A DNA stretch of 64,000 nucleotides from Mobula hypostoma (lineage: Eukaryota): positions 47,866,001 to 47,930,000 of the forward strand of contig NC_086108.1 in assembly GCF_963921235.1 (NCBI RefSeq). Direction: 5' to 3'. Position 1 is the first letter of the stretch. Each line of letters begins with the position of its first letter. Shown here in pieces: positions 26,497-38,740 of the stretch. The notes under the pieces were generated by a model that saw nothing but the letters and a program-made list of their open reading frames with translations, was not told the origin of the DNA and ran no database searches. The position numbers and the translations under genes were made by a program.

Positions 26497-27015
26497 ATGA
26501 CTAAACACATCTTTCTCTCTCCACCCCTCTCCGCTTTCCGCAGGGATCGGTCCCTCAGCGACTCCCTGGTCCACACGTCCCTCCCCACAGATCTCCCACC
26601 TGGCACTTATCCCTGTAAGCGCAAGTGCTACACCTGTCCCTACACCTCCTCTCTTGCCACCATTCAGGGCTCCAAACAGTACTTCCAAGTGAGGCAATGC
26701 TTCACTTGTGAGTCTGTTGGGGTCATCTATTGCATCCGGTGCTCCTGGTGCGGCCATCTCTACATCGGTGAAACCCGACGCAGATTGGGGGACCGCTTTG
26801 TCGAGTACCTCCGCTCCGTCCGCCAAAACAGACAGGATCTCCCAGTAGCCACCCACTTCAACTCTGCTTCCCACTCCTATTCAGATATGTCCATACATGG
26901 CCTCCTCTACCGCCATGATGAGGCTAAACTCAGGTTGGAGGAGCAACACCTAATATACCGTCCAGGTAGCCTCCAGTCCCTTGGTATGAACATAGAATTC
27001 TCCAACTTCCGGTAA
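26497..27015 (+). pseudogene. Penelope-like GIY-YIG endonuclease with upstream Cys-rich linker
   Basis: C.RKCYTC, FTCES.GVIYCIRC..CG.LYIGET.RRL..RF.E, VATHFN, EQHLIYR.GSL..LGMN. Confidence 0.9.
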
Positions 27016-27278
27016 TTCCCTCCCCGCCCCTTCCCCTATCCCTATGTCACTCTGCCCCCTCCCCCAGCTGCCTACCACCTCCCACTTGGTTCCGCCTCCT
27101 TCTACTACCCATTGTGTTTTCCCCTATTCTTTCTTCACCTTTCCTGCCTATCACCTCCCTGCTTCCCCTCCCCCACCCCTTTATCTTTCCCCTTACTGGT
27201 TTTTCACCTGGAACTGACCAGCCTTCTCCTTCCCACCCTCCCCCACCTTCTTTATAGGGCCCCTGTCCCTTCCCCCTA

Positions 27279-27316
27279 CAGTCCTGACGAAGGTTTCCGG
27301 CTCGAAACATCGACCG
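27279..27316 (+). ncRNA. Minimal type I hammerhead ribozyme motif (partly decayed)
   Basis: cagtc-CTGACGA-aggtttccggctc-GAAA-c-ATC-gaccg. Confidence 0.65.
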
Positions 27317-28120
27317 ATCTTTTCCACGGATGCTGCCCAACCTGCTGAGTTCCTCCAGCATGTTGTGAGTGTTGCTTTGACCCCAGCATCTGCAGATTAT
27401 TTTGTGTTTACTTCTTATGTTCTTATTTTTGTGATCTCTGTTTTATATAATTTATATTAATTCAAGTGTATGTTAATTTATGTTTGTCATCTGTGTAATG
27501 TACTGGAATGTAGCTAAAAAAAAGAGGATGATTTTCATGGCATTTATGCCTTGCATATGTACTGTAAGTTCATGACAATAAACTTGAATTTAAAACTTGG
27601 TTGAACTTGAACCTTAAGTGTAAAAGACAAGGCTGAAATATTTGTGACAAACTGCTGGCAGAACTGCCAAGTGGATGGTTGATTTTGATTTCTTCCTGAA
27701 GTCCTAACTTCTGTTGCAGACACTAGTGTTCAGCCAATTCAATTCAAGAAATAGGTGAACGCACTTGATACAGCAAAGGCTTTGTACCCCCGTAACATCC
27801 TATCTGTGTTGTTGAAGATATACTCCATAGTGAACAACTCCTCCAGCCTAATTGTTCTAGTCTGGTTGCAACACTTTTTCCTTGCAAATGAAATGCTGCT
27901 TAGGAATGTTCTGATCACAAAAAATGGAGAACCCTGGTAAGATCTAATCAAGGTAGCTAAAGAGGAATACAGGAGAGAGCTGGAGAGCAAGCTTGGGCAG
28001 AGTAGCGCATGAGCGGTGTGGAGAGGTATAAAGGACATCACTGACTTTAATCAGATAGGTATAGAGCCTTGGAATGCAGCCGTGACTGGGCGAATGACTT
28101 GAACCAATCAGTTTAAAAAT

Positions 28121-28937
28121 GCAAACACAAGAAAATCTGCAGATGCTGAAAATTCAAGCAACACACACAAAATGCTGGTGAATGCAGCAGGCCAGGCAGC
28201 ATCTATAGGAAGAAGTACAGTTGACGTCCTGGGTCGAGACCCTTTGTCAGGACTAATGGAAAAAAGAGATAGTAAGAGATTTGACAGTGGGAGAGGAGGG
28301 GGAGACCTGAAATGATAGGAGAAGACAGGAGGGGGAGGGATAAAGCCAAGAGCTGGGAAGTTGATTGGTAAAAGGGATCCATGGTCTCCTCTACTGTCGA
28401 GATGAAGCCACACTCAGGTTGGAGGAACAACACCTTATATTCTGCCTGGATATCCTCCAACCTGATAACATGAACATTGATTTCTCTAACTTCCGTTAAT
28501 GCCCCTCCTCCCCTTCTTACCACATCCCTATTTATTTATTTGTTTGTTTATTTATTTATCTATTCATTCATTCATTTTTCTCTCTTTTCCTCTCACAATT
28601 ACTCCTTGCCTATTCTCCATCTTCCTCTGGTGCTCCCCTCCCCTTTCTTTCTTCCAAGGCCTTCCATCTCATGATACTCTCCCTTCTCCAGCCTTGTATA
28701 CCTTTTGCCAATCAACTTCCCAGCCCTTAGCTCCATCCCTCCCCCTCCTGTCTTCTCCTATCATTTCGGGTCTCCCCTTCCCCCTCCCACTTTCAAATCT
28801 CTTACTATCTCTTCTTTCAGTTAGTCCTGACGAAGGGTCTCGACCCGAAACGTCTCGACCCGAAACGTCCACTGTACTTCTTCCAATAGATGCTGCCTGG
28901 CCTGCTGTGTTCCACCAGCATTTTGCGCGTGTTGCTT
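28121..28937 (+). mobile_element. Penelope-like insertion: inverted 5' pseudo-LTR, GIY-YIG tail, sense pseudo-LTR
   Basis: 28150-28375 is the reverse complement of about 28700-28935; the middle encodes RLEEQHLIF.L..LQP..MNIDFSNFR. Confidence 0.85.
28823..28854 (+). ncRNA. Minimal type I hammerhead ribozyme motif, intact core
   Basis: CTGACGA 28827-28833; stem II GGGTC/GACCC; GAAA 28847-28850; CGTC cleavage context. Followed by a 15-nt tandem duplication. Confidence 0.7.
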
Positions 28938-30865
28938 TCATCAATAGGTTTGACAATTACCCTCCTGTTCACACCCGCCTCAGCACACCAACCCAGTGCC
29001 AAGGCACCCAATGCTCCCTTAGCACCAACGTCTCCCCTCCTTCTTCCTCCCCCCCTCCAATTCAACACGTGGATGAACAACACAGGCTATCACTGTCTAC
29101 ATCCCTTCCTCACCCTGCACCTACCATCCACACCTCCGCATACCATCCGCTATCGTCCCGATCTTCACCTCCCACAGTTCCCACCTCCCACCAACCCCCC
29201 AGTCATCATGGACTCATCGTCACTACACAGCAGGTGAAAAGGGCTCTGGGGAAACTCTGACATAGCAAAGCATTGGGACCGGAAGGTGTGAACCCCAAGA
29301 TCCTGAAGGAGTGTGCTGAGTAGCTGTGTGGAAATCTCCAGTGCATTTTCAATCTGTCTCAGCCTGGAAAGGGTCCTATCTGTGTGGAAAATATCGTCTG
29401 GTCCCAGTACCCCAGAGGGCCAATTGAAAGTCTTGAATAACTGCTGACCTGTGGCTCTGACCTCACGCATCATGAAGACCCTAGAGAGGCTAGTCCTGGC
29501 TCACATTTGACCCCTGGTCAGATCAGCCCTCGATCCACTACAGTCTGTCCACCAGAAGCACATTGGGGTCAACAGTGCTGTCATCTACCTGCTGAACAGA
29601 GCCAACTCCTGTTTGGATAAGCAGGGCAGCACTGTTTTTGATTTCTCAAGTGCCTTCAATACCATACAGCCCTCACTGGTGGGGAAAAGCTCCACTCAGT
29701 GTAGGCTGGCGCTTCCATTGTATCCGGGATAATGGAAAACCTGAATGGCAAACCGCAGTTTGTGAGGCTTCAGAGCTATATGTCAGACATGGCTATAAGC
29801 AGCACTGGGGCCCCACAGGGGACTGTATTGGCTCCCTTCCTGTTTACCCTGTACACCTCGGACTTTGGATTCAACACTGAGTCATGGCGTCTGCAAAAAT
29901 TCTCTGATGACTCAGCAATAGTTGGCTGTATAAAGGGAGGATGGGAGGATGAATACAGGGCCCTGGTGGAGGACTTTGTCAAATGATGCAAGCTGAATCA
30001 TCTGCAGCACAACATCAGTAAGACAAAGGAGATGGTGATGGACTTTAGGAAGACTAAACCTGCATTGCTTCATGTTACTATTGATGGTGATGGTGAAGAT
30101 GTGGATGTGGTGAGGACCTACAAGTACCTGGGGGCGCACCTGGATGACAGACTTGAGAGTACAGAACCAACACAGAGGCTGTGTGCAAGAAGGGCCAGAA
30201 TTGCCTCTACTTCCTGAGGAGACTGAGGTCCTTTGGAGCATGCAGGCCTCTCCTTCACATGTCCTGCCAGCCTGTTGACGCCAGTACAATCTTCAATGCG
30301 GTGGTGTACTGGGGAAGTGGCATCAAGATGGGTGATGCCAACAGGCTCAATAAACTGATTAGAAGGCTGGCTCTGTTACAGGAGTCAAATTGGACACACT
30401 GGGGGCTGTGGTAGAACAAAGGACTCTGGAAAATCCTGGCAATTCTGGACAATGTTTCCCATCCTCTGCATGCCACCTCGGCTGAACAGAGGTACAATTT
30501 TAGTAACAGACTACAGTGCTGCTCAGAAAAGCGTAGTATGAGTTTATTCATACCCTTGGTCATTAGGCTCTAAAATGAGTCGACCTATAGCTGGGGAAGT
30601 GATGATCCCCTCCTGCTAGGCTGTTTCAGGTGAATTACTTTTTATTCATCTTACTGCTCAGTTCAACTTTAACACCGCTTTGCTGTCATCCAGGATAAGG
30701 AAGCAGATTTGATTGGCACTTATACCACCAATCTTAATGTTTGATTCCTGGTGCACCACGGCTGCAGTGTAATCCACTGATTTTCTACAAGATGTGCTAC
30801 TGCAACTTGCCAATGCAACACACATAAAATGCTGCAGGTGCTCAGGTCAGGCGGCATGCAGTATA

Positions 30866-31630
30866 TCAGAATCAGGTCTATTATCACTGGTATGTCTCGT
30901 GAAATTTGTTAACTTAGCAGCAGCAGTTCAATGCAATACATAATCTGGCAGAGAGAAAAAATAATAATAAATAAATCAATCAATTACAGTATATATATTG
31001 AACAGATTAAAATTTATGCAAAAACCAGAAATGATATATATTTAAAAAGTGAGGTAGTGTTCAAGGGTTCAATGTCCATTTAGGAATCAGATGGGAGAGG
31101 GGAAGAATCTGTACCTGAATCACTGAGTGTGTGCCTTCAGGCTTCTGTACCTCCTACCTGATGGTAACAGTGAGAAAAGGGCATGCCCTGGGTGCTGGAG
31201 GTCCTTAATAATGGATGCTGCCTTTCTGAGACACCGCTCCTTGAAGATGTCCTGGATACTTTGTAGGCTAGTAGCCAAGATGGAGCAGACTAAATTTACA
31301 ACCCTCTGCAGCTTCTTTCAGTCCTGTGCAGTAGCCTCTCCATACCAGACAGTGATGTCAGAATGCTCTCCACGGCATATCCTCTATAGAAGTTTTTGAG
31401 TGTATTTGTTGACGTACCAAATGTCTTCAAATTCCTAATGAAGTACAGTTGCTGTCTTGCCTTCTTTATAACTGCATCAATATGTTGGGACCAGGTTAGA
31501 TCCTCAGAGATCTTGACACTCAGGAACTTGAAACTGCTCACTCTCTCCTCTTCTGATCTCTCTATGAGGTTTGGTGTGTGTTCCTTCGTTTCACCCTTCC
31601 TGAAGTCCACAATCAGCTCTTTCGTCTTAT
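30866..31630 (-). mobile_element. Rex1/Babar-like LINE 3' part
   Basis: ORF 31296-31610 (VSSFKFL.V.ISEDLTWS.H...KKARQ.LYF); (GATTCT)n tail; same family as 39640-40158. Confidence 0.85.
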
Positions 31631-33666
31631 AGAGAAGTGAGCAGTTGACATTTTTGAATGAGATCCTTCATTTAGGGCCCCTTTCATCAGGAAGCGTCCT
31701 GACCCAAAATGTCAACTTGTTCATATACCTCCATAGATGCTGCAAGACCTGCTGAGTTCCTCCAGATTTCCAGCATCTGCCATCTCTTTTGTGCCTCAGC
31801 CACTTTCCTGTGTTTCCTAGACAATGTTATTAACATGTGTTATTTTTACTATATCACAGGACGTGAACTATTTGTGCTTGGGAGTGCATCGCCTTCAAGC
31901 TTCTTTGATTGGTCATAATCCGGGAAACCATTTGCTGATAACAGTGTGGCAGTATCATGAGCTGTAGTAGTTCAGAGGCATCTTACCTTCATCTTCTTAA
32001 GGTAAATAAGGATGATAAATATGATAAATAGTAGCTGATCTCCCAACTAAGCTTTCAAGCTGCAAATGAATAAAATAAAGATGGAAGTCGTTCGTCTGTG
32101 GTAAAGTGATCTCAAGTAAATGGGGACAATCTCATGAACACAAGAGATAATTCAGATGGTGTAAATGCAGAGCAACACACACAAAATTCAGGAGTAACTC
32201 AGCAGGTCAGGCAGAATCAAGGGATACGAATAAATACTCAATGTTTTGTGCCAAGACTCTTCATCGGGGCTGGAAAGGAAGGAGGAAGAAGTCAGAATAA
32301 GAAGGTGCGGGGGGGGGAAGGGGAAAAAGAAAAGCTGGCAGGTGATAGGTGAGGGAGAAGGTGGGTGGGAGTGGAAGGGAATGATTATCTCATCTGCTCT
32401 TGGTCAATGTTTTGTGGGTGTTTTGACCTGCTTTGTGCAGTTACTTGGGATTTAAACATCCTGATAAAATGAAGAAAACAATATGATGGAGCCTCAGTTT
32501 ATTGTCATATGGTGAAACCTTCAACTTTCAGTCCTTGAGACCAGCAGAAAGTTCACTGAAATTTCAATAAGAAAAATGATAGTGAGTTCATAATGACAAA
32601 TATTTGGCTGCAGCTATGTTCAGTTTGTTATAGTGCATTGTTTAAATAAGAAGAAAAGTCTAAAAGTTAAAGAACAGGCTTGGTACCATTCCAGTATTAG
32701 AACATGCGTGTCCAAACGGTGAGGTTCTGTGCCAACAGTCAAAAGTCAAAAATAACTGAAAAGGAAAAGCCTAAAAAGAGAGAAGCAGCTTACATCCCTG
32801 TGCCACACTTCATGACCTCAAGATTGTTAGGGAGTATTCTGGAGTTACCTGAATATAGCAGATATTAATTCAAACAAGAACCAGTCTTCAGCTCCTAATG
32901 TGGATTGTAAATTGCATGCAGTAAATTGAAGTTAAAAACACACCCTTGCACTGTCTGTGGAGCACAGGCTGACTCACAAACTAAGAGACGTGGTTTACAA
33001 AATGGTGGCCATGAAATATTTACTTATGCATCTGCCAAATGTTAAGACAATGGGGTTGTGCTGATTAGCCTGCATTAAACGAAGCAATTATAGACTTAAG
33101 TAATTTGCATCATTGTGACTTGAGTTCAAGGTGGCAAACTGGACTGATGTTGTCACTTTGCATTTCAAACATGTCCAGCACTCAAGATATGTAATTGTCA
33201 ACCCAAAATACTGAAGTAACTGATATCATTACAACTATTGAAATCGTATTGAATCACCGCTGTTACCTTTGATCTTAAGGGTATAAAAATGTTATGTACT
33301 TTTGTGTTTGTGACACTCTACCGTGAGTGTCTCCACAAGAATAGCTGCTTGTTGTGATGAATAAAGACTTCTCAATCACCAGCTTCAGTGTCTTTGTTCA
33401 CAGTCACAACAAATATGTACAGCATTGTACAGCCATTAATATCTTCAATAATGATGAAAATCACTCAGCTAATTTGTGCACTGCGGGAGCTAAGATCGTA
33501 GCAATGCATTAATAACCAGATAATCAGTTAAGAGATGAATATTGTCTGGCAGCAGGGAGAACACCCCTTCACAAAGACCAGCATTTTTCTTTTCGATAAA
33601 GAAGAATCCTGTACCAGCTGTGGACTGGAATGGTCAAATGAAACCATACCGCAGTACTTTGTCTCT

Positions 33667-34040
33667 TGTTAGGAAATGTAGAGGAGGCTTGACCTAAACA
33701 TAGAACAGCAGAGATGACTAAATGGTGAGCCACGAGGAGCCACAAAACAAGGGAGAACAGATACTTAACACAACCAGGCAACAAGTAACTAAAGATTAGG
33801 AATAGCTGGTTGAAGCTGGCTGATACATATGAGTGAACAAGGATTGTGGATGAGGCTGGGTTTAAATAGGCTGCAGGGGATGAGTTGGAAATGAATGTCT
33901 GGTGGTTTCTGTTTGCTGGGTGGAAACTGGGAGGTGCTGCCTTTTCAGCCCTGACAGGATTCCTCCTCCTATGGCTGGCTTCCGATGGCCCAGGATGATC
34001 CAGAGTAGTCCAGTGGAACTCCTCCAAGAGCAATGGATCC
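33667..34040 (-). mobile_element. Gypsy 3' LTR (33667-33956) with polypurine tract and pol C-terminal remnant; same family as 1441-3177
   Basis: Reverse complement aligns to 1441-1750 joined to 2030-2042. PPT AGGAGGAGGAATCC abuts TGT. 'DPLLLEEFH...HPG' resembles a chromodomain-end motif. Confidence 0.75.
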
Positions 34041-34082
34041 AATGTTCAGCCTGTATTAAATTTATGGGCGCTATTTTAAAAA

Positions 34083-34789
34083 CGAGGGGTGATAGATAAG
34101 TTTGTGGCCTAAGGTAGAAGGAGTCAATTTTAGAAAACCTCGCACATTTATTTTTCAACATAGTCCCTTCCTACATGTACACACTTAGTCCAGCGGTCAT
34201 GGAGCATAGAGATCCCTTCTTTGTAGAAATGGTCCACAGCAGGGGTGATTGACAAGTTTGTGGCCTAAGGTAGAAGGAGATGAGTTATACAGCTCTCGTT
34301 AAATGCACGTGCAGTTCAACTCTCTGAGTGAAAATGCAGAAAATTTGAAGTTAATAACTTATCTCCTTCTACCTTAGGCCATGAACTTATCAATCACCCC
34401 TGCTGTGGACCATTTCTGGAGGTCCAAGACACGGACTTCTACAAAGAAGGGATCCGTATGCTCCACGAGCGCTGGACTAGGTGTGTAAATGTGGGAAAAA
34501 TAAATGTCAAAGTTGCTGGTGAACGCAGCAGGCCAGGCAGCATCTCTAGGAAGAGGTGCTGTCGACGTTTCAGGCCGAGACTCCTGACGAAGGGTCTCGG
34601 CCTGAAACGTTGACTGCACCTCTTCCTAGAGATGCTGCCTGGCCTGCTGCGTTCACCAGCAACTTTGATGTGTGTTGCTTGAATTTCCAGCATCTGCAGA
34701 ATTCCTGTTGTTTGCGAAAAATAAATGTGCTAGGTTTTCTAAAATTTGCTCCTTCTACTTTAGGCCACGAACTTATCAGTCACCCCTTG
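34083..34789. mobile_element. Tc1/mariner-derived MITE with nested TIRs
   Basis: TIR cgaggggtgat.gataagtt.gtggcctaaggtagaaggag at both ends (TA on the right) and again internally (about 34240-34290 and 34355-34400). Mariner C-terminus FYKEGIRMLHERWTRCVNVG at about 34437-34496. Confidence 0.85.
34508..34715 (+). mobile_element. Palindromic Penelope pseudo-LTR insertion with the hammerhead core in the loop
   Basis: 74-bp arms 34508-34581 and 34594-34667; 13-bp TSD GAAAAATAAATGT at 34495-34507 and 34716-34728. Confidence 0.9.
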
Positions 34790-35454
34790 TACTATGAGAC
34801 TTTTCCATGTCACATGCATGTGTGAACTCTTTGAACTAAGTAATTGATCCATAGATAAAGTAATTACCAAAAATTCCTAAATTTTACTCAACCATTAATA
34901 AAATAATGTATTTCATCAATGGCGTATTCAGGATTTCAGCTGCATAGGCGGCCTGGACACTTTGGATGTTATCTGTAAATGGAATCATTCATCACAAGCA
35001 TAAACATAATGTTAGAAAAATGCTGCCTTATTCCTTTTAGAACACTTATCCTTTAGTATAGTAACAGCGCAATTTCCTTTCCTGGATAATTGAACAATGT
35101 CTTAAAACTAACAAACACAACAGCTCCTGCAGATGCTGGAAATCTTGAGCAACCCACAGAAAATTCTGAAGAAACTCAGCCAGTTAGGCAGCATCTATGG
35201 AAGGAATAGACAGTGGACTTTTTCGGCTTGATACCCTTCCTGCTCAATTGCATTGGGAATTATCCCCAGTAGCTGAGGAGGTGCTAGGTTTGTGTATGGT
35301 AAATATAGAATACAGAATTCCCAGTTGGCCTATAACACTTAACAGCACAGGGCTTCCTATGTCTTTTCAGTATATTCCCTACCCAGTTCAGGCCAGAAAG
35401 CATCCAAGGAACTAATGGTAGTTTATTTGAGGGATCACTCAACCGTGGAACGAC

Positions 35455-36685
35455 TGTGTACATCAGGATGCTCTTTAATGACTACAAATTGCCATTCAAT
35501 ACTATCATCCCCTCAAATCTAATCAATAAGCTTCAAGACCTAGGTCTCAATACCTCCTTATGCAACTGGATTCTTGATTTCCTCACTTGCAGACCTCTTT
35601 CAGTTTGGATTGGTAGCAACACCTCCTCCACAATCTCCATCAGCATAGTGCACCACAAGGATGTCTGCTTAGCCCACTGTTCTACTTGCTTTATAATTAT
35701 GACCGTGTGGCTAAGCACAGCTCCAATTGCATCTTTAAGTTTGCTGATGACACCACTGTCATTGGCCAAATCAAAGGTAACGATGGATCAGCATTTTGGA
35801 GGGAAATTAAAAGTATAGCTGAGTGGTGCCACAATAACAACTTCTTACTCACTGTCAGTTCAAGGAGATGATTATTGGCTATAGGAGGAGGAAACTAGAG
35901 ATCCATGAGCCAGTCCTCATTAGGGAATCAAAGCTGTGGCAGGTCAGCAACTTTAAACTCCTCAGTGTTATTATTTCAGTGTACCTGTCCTGGGCCCAGC
36001 ACGCAAGTGCAATTATGAAGAAAGCACAGCAGCATCTCGACTTCCTTAGGAGTTTGTGAGTGTTTGTCATGACACCCAAAACTTTGACAAGCTTTTATAG
36101 ATGTGTGCTGGAGAGTAGATTGATTAGGTGCAAAACAGTCTGGTATGGAAGCATCAATGCCCTTGAATGGAAAATCCTACCAAAAGTAGTGGATATGGCC
36201 CAGACCATCATTGGGAAAGCCCTGCCCATCATTGAGCACATCTACAAAAAGCATTGTTGCAGGAAAGTAGAATCCATCATTAGGAACCCCCACCACCCAG
36301 GACTCATTGCTGCCATCAGGAAGATGGTACTAGAGCCTTAGGACTCACACCACCAGGTTCACAAACAGTTATCACCTCTCAACCATCAGGCTCTTGAACC
36401 AGAGGGGATAACTTCACTCACCTTATGTTCCCACACCTATGAACTCACCTTCAAGGACTCTTCATCTCATGTCCTCAATATTCATTGTTTATTATTATTA
36501 TTATTATTTCTATTTCTTTTAGTATTTGCAGTTTATTGTTTTTTTGTATATTGGTTGTTTGTCTCACATTGACTCTATTATGTTTCTTGTATTTATTGTG
36601 ATGAATCTGAAAAAAATGAATCTCAGGGTTGTATATGGTGACAAATACAGTATATACTTTGATAATAAATTTACTTTGAACTTTG
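35455..36685 (+). mobile_element. Rex1/Babar-like LINE, decayed
   Basis: [41 protein letters not shown]. Confidence 0.85.
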
Positions 36686-37249
36686 GATGCTGGTAATATT
36701 AGACAAGGCAATGAGGATTGAAAGCACCTAACAGTATCCTATACCAAACCCTGTTAGTTCATGCTAGATTATCTTCTTGAGCCCAGCACACCAAATGTGA
36801 GGTACCATGTCATTCTTATATAATCATCAGACTCATTCTCACTCAATGTCCCTACAGACAAATTTCAAGCTCAGATCAAAAGGCAGCATTTTAGAATGTG
36901 GATGCTACCTGAATTATTCCTTTAGCTTTGCTGAGCTCACTTCTGTTATACTGACATCTAACTTGCATTACATGACCAAGGGGAGGCCATTCAGCCTCAA
37001 TTCAATGAGAGATAATGCAATATAATGGCAATCCATTTTTAATTTTTTTAGTCTTTCTACTTCTCTTCTAATATTTATATCTGTACACTGTAATTTCCTT
37101 TGGGATCAATGAAGTATCTACCTGTCTATCTAAATTACTCAGTGTTGTTAATCTGGTGAAATTACCTTGAAACTCATAAGGACATCTGGATAATTTAAAT
37201 TAAAGTAACTAAGTAAATAAGGAATAATGTTAAAAATTATGATGAGACC

Positions 37250-37440
37250 CAGAAAACTATTTGATTGTTATTAAAAACCTACCCGGTTTGCTATTATCCT
37301 TGAGGAAAGGAATTCTGCCGCTCATAACCGGCCTATCTTATGTCTGACTCCAGATCTATGGTGTGGTTATTTCTTACCTGCTCTCTGAATTGGCTTAGCA
37401 AGCCTCTATTCATAGGGTAGTAAGTGATTCCTTGATTGAA
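37250..37440 (+). mobile_element. Old SINE remnant (MetaSINE-like central domain, tentative)
   Basis: 'ggaa..ctgccg.c.t..ccggcct...tg.gactccaga...tgtggtt..tctta.ctgc.ctctgaa.tggc.tagcaagcc', recalled as a SINE central domain. Confidence 0.4.
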
Positions 37441-38064
37441 TTAAAGAAAAAATCATGAATGATAGAACATAACTACTACCATAAGGTGGAAACTCTAAAG
37501 TGAGATCTTACCATAGTGCTTTATTGTACACTGGCAATCAGTGGAGCTAATTGGTGAGTTTATATCTATTTTAAATTTAAGAAACATACATCATTACATT
37601 ACATCTAAATGAATTGAAGTGCTGTAGGAATTATTCATTTATGTTCTACTCAGTGGTCATATAGTTCTCTATCATCTGACTTTTCCAGATTCTCATTACA
37701 TACTAACTTCCAAAGTGGAACCTTAATTCTTTATTTAGAAGCTGACATGAACATTCACTTCCTATGAACAAAATAACGAACTAAACATTTACTCCTATTA
37801 AACGTAATAGTAAGCATAATATAACATAAAGCATAGAAATTCCTCCATCTGCTTCTGCTTACTTCAGTGAGCAGAATAAGAATGTATTGTGGACAGAGTG
37901 AATGTGATCATGACCTTTCTCAAGTGGGTCTACAGAGATTTGCTGCAGAGATTTGACCGGGCAATTACTGCTGTGAGTTGTGTGAAAGTAATTTCACCAT
38001 CAGATATGTAGTACTACTTTTTCAGTATTTGGACATAACCAGAGGATTTAGCTAGATCTTCTCA

Positions 38065-38305
38065 CATCAATCCCCCTATCCTATTCCCTTACCTTCCCCT
38101 CTTCTGGTCTCATCTGTCACCTACCAGCCTGTAATCCTCCCCTCACCCACCTTCTTCCCCTTCCCTTCTAGTCCTGATGCAGGGTCTCAGCCTGAAACAT
38201 CAACTGTTTATTTCCCTCATAGATGTTGTCTAGCCTGCTGAGTTCATTCAACATCTTGTGTGTGTTGCTCAAGATTTTCAGCATCTGCAGAATCTCTTGT
38301 GTGTA
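38065..38305 (+). mobile_element. Penelope pseudo-LTR remnant with decayed hammerhead (CTGATGC)
   Basis: agtcctgatgcagggtctcagcctgaaacatcaactg followed by the conserved tail 'cagcatctgcaga'. Confidence 0.7.
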
Positions 38306-38439
38306 GGATTTAGACCATGTGGTCTTAAGAGTGGCTGTTGTTAGCTCCTCTGCAACAAAGCACTTTTTGCACAGACTACACAAAGATATAAAAAAGTACA
38401 TGCTGAGCATTCCATTCTTTGGGCCTCTTTCCCTAGTAA

Positions 38440-38740
38440 CAGCACCATTGCATGTTCACACAATGCTTTACAGTGCCAGTGCTCAGTGATTAGGGTTCAA
38501 TTCTCACCACTGTCTCTAAGGAGGTTTGTGTGTTCTCCCTGTGATCATGCGTGCTTCCCCCGAGTGCTCGGGTTTCCTCCCTCATTCCAAAAGACGTATG
38601 GATTAGGGTCACTAAATTGTGGGCATGCTGTTTTGGCATCAGAAGCTCGTCAACACTTGCAGCGGGCCCAGACCACATTGATGCAAATGAGGAATTTCAC
38701 TGTATGATTCGATATACATGTGAGAAATAAAGCTAATCTT
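38440..38740 (+). mobile_element. V-SINE-like SINE
   Basis: Collinear with 6598-6930 (B-box-like ggttcaattct, V-domain, tail aataaagctaatctt). Confidence 0.65.

Larger units (their letters stand above)
26272..27408 (+). mobile_element. Penelope-like element, 5'-truncated (GIY-YIG ORF end plus pseudo-LTR with hammerhead)
   Basis: 14-bp TSD TACTTCTTATGTTC at 26258-26271 and 27409-27422; GIY-YIG ORF; hammerhead motif at 27279-27316. Confidence 0.9.
27920..30610 (+). mobile_element. Rex1/Babar-like LINE, long decayed copy, interrupted by a Penelope insertion
   Basis: ANDLNQ..NRFD is split by the insertion; PVALTS..MKTLERLVL, DFSSAFNTIQP, GAPQGTVLAPFLFTLYTSDF, KFSDD. Confidence 0.9.

Noticed and set aside
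28499..29260. 253-aa Pro/Ser-rich ORF, and similar ORFs at 51795-52601, 26281-26874 and 61764-62354
   Set aside because: These are chance read-through of pyrimidine-rich pseudo-LTR/LTR sequence, or antisense to transposon ORFs.
33148..33411. Small solo LTR ending in ...AATAAAG...CACAACA
   Set aside because: The 3' end looks LTR-like, but no convincing 5' terminus or TSD was found.
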